Origin: Lama guanicoe
Taxonomy: Eukaryota
NCBI GenBank assembly: GCA_013239625.1
Contig: MU054323.1
Span: 1,550,001 to 1,614,000, forward strand
Direction of reading: 5' to 3'
DNA length: 64,000 nucleotides
Numbering within the stretch: position 1 is the stretch's first letter; each line of letters starts with the position of its first letter. Under the pieces are notes generated by a model that worked only from the letters and a program-made list of their open reading frames with translations, did not search any database and was not told where the DNA came from. Made by a program: the position numbers and the translations under genes. This document shows, one piece after another, positions 63,575 through 64,000 of the stretch.

Positions 63575-64000
63575 CTTTTTTCTTTATTGAGGTATAATTT
63601 ACATGCAATTAAATAGACTCATTTTAAGTGTAAAGTCTGATGAATTTTGGTAATCATATATAGTTGTATAACTTCCACCACAATTGAGGTAAGGAAAAGT
63701 TCCATCGCCCTGAAGTTTCCATATGCTCCTTTGCAGTTAATTCTCTCTCCTAAACCTTGATCCCAGACAACAACTGATATGCTTTCCTCACTATGTTTGC
63801 CTTTTCTAGAATTTCTGTAAATGGGATCATGCAGTTTATAATCTTTGTATTTGACTTTCTACTTAGCATGTTTTTAAGAATTATCTATGTTGTGTGTATT
63901 AGTATCTTGTTCCTTTTCATTGTAGAGTGATATGACAGTATTTTTATTATTAATAATTTTTTATTTATTCACCAGTTGATGGAAAATAAGGTTATTTTCA
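63575..64000 (-). mobile_element. old L1 3' end
   Basis: TTTATTGAGGTATAATTTACATGCA...ATTTTAAGTGTA...AAATGGGATCATGCAG. Confidence 0.85.

Noticed and set aside
1..64000. CRISPR arrays, operons or prokaryotic defence systems
   Set aside because: Spliced mammalian locus; no repeat-spacer array or prokaryote-like ORF clusters seen

Overview
Mammalian genomic DNA, probably camelid (inferred from a tRNA-derived Vic-1-like SINE at 60936-61087). It holds two genome-stability genes head-to-head across a CpG-island bidirectional promoter (~31720-33180). SMC6 is on the minus strand: 14 coding exons from the ATG at 24282 down to 92, with the gene continuing off the left edge. GEN1, the Holliday-junction resolvase, is on the plus strand: a complete 13-coding-exon CDS, 40156-58908, 904 aa. 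All coding exons join in phase through GT-AG sites. Introns carry L1, L2, MIR, hAT/Tigger MITE and LTR relics. The most unexpected signals lie in SMC6 introns: (1) an apparent tandem pair of decayed PNMA/Gypsy-gag-like reading frames antisense to SMC6 (~16.7-19.3 kb), recognised by eye and needing HMM confirmation; (2) a near-perfect ~105-bp inverted duplication 1.23 kb apart (7665-7768 / 9000-9106); (3) a perfect 36-nt 3'-truncated U2 snRNA retrocopy with target-site duplication (TSD), 65 nt from a splice donor.
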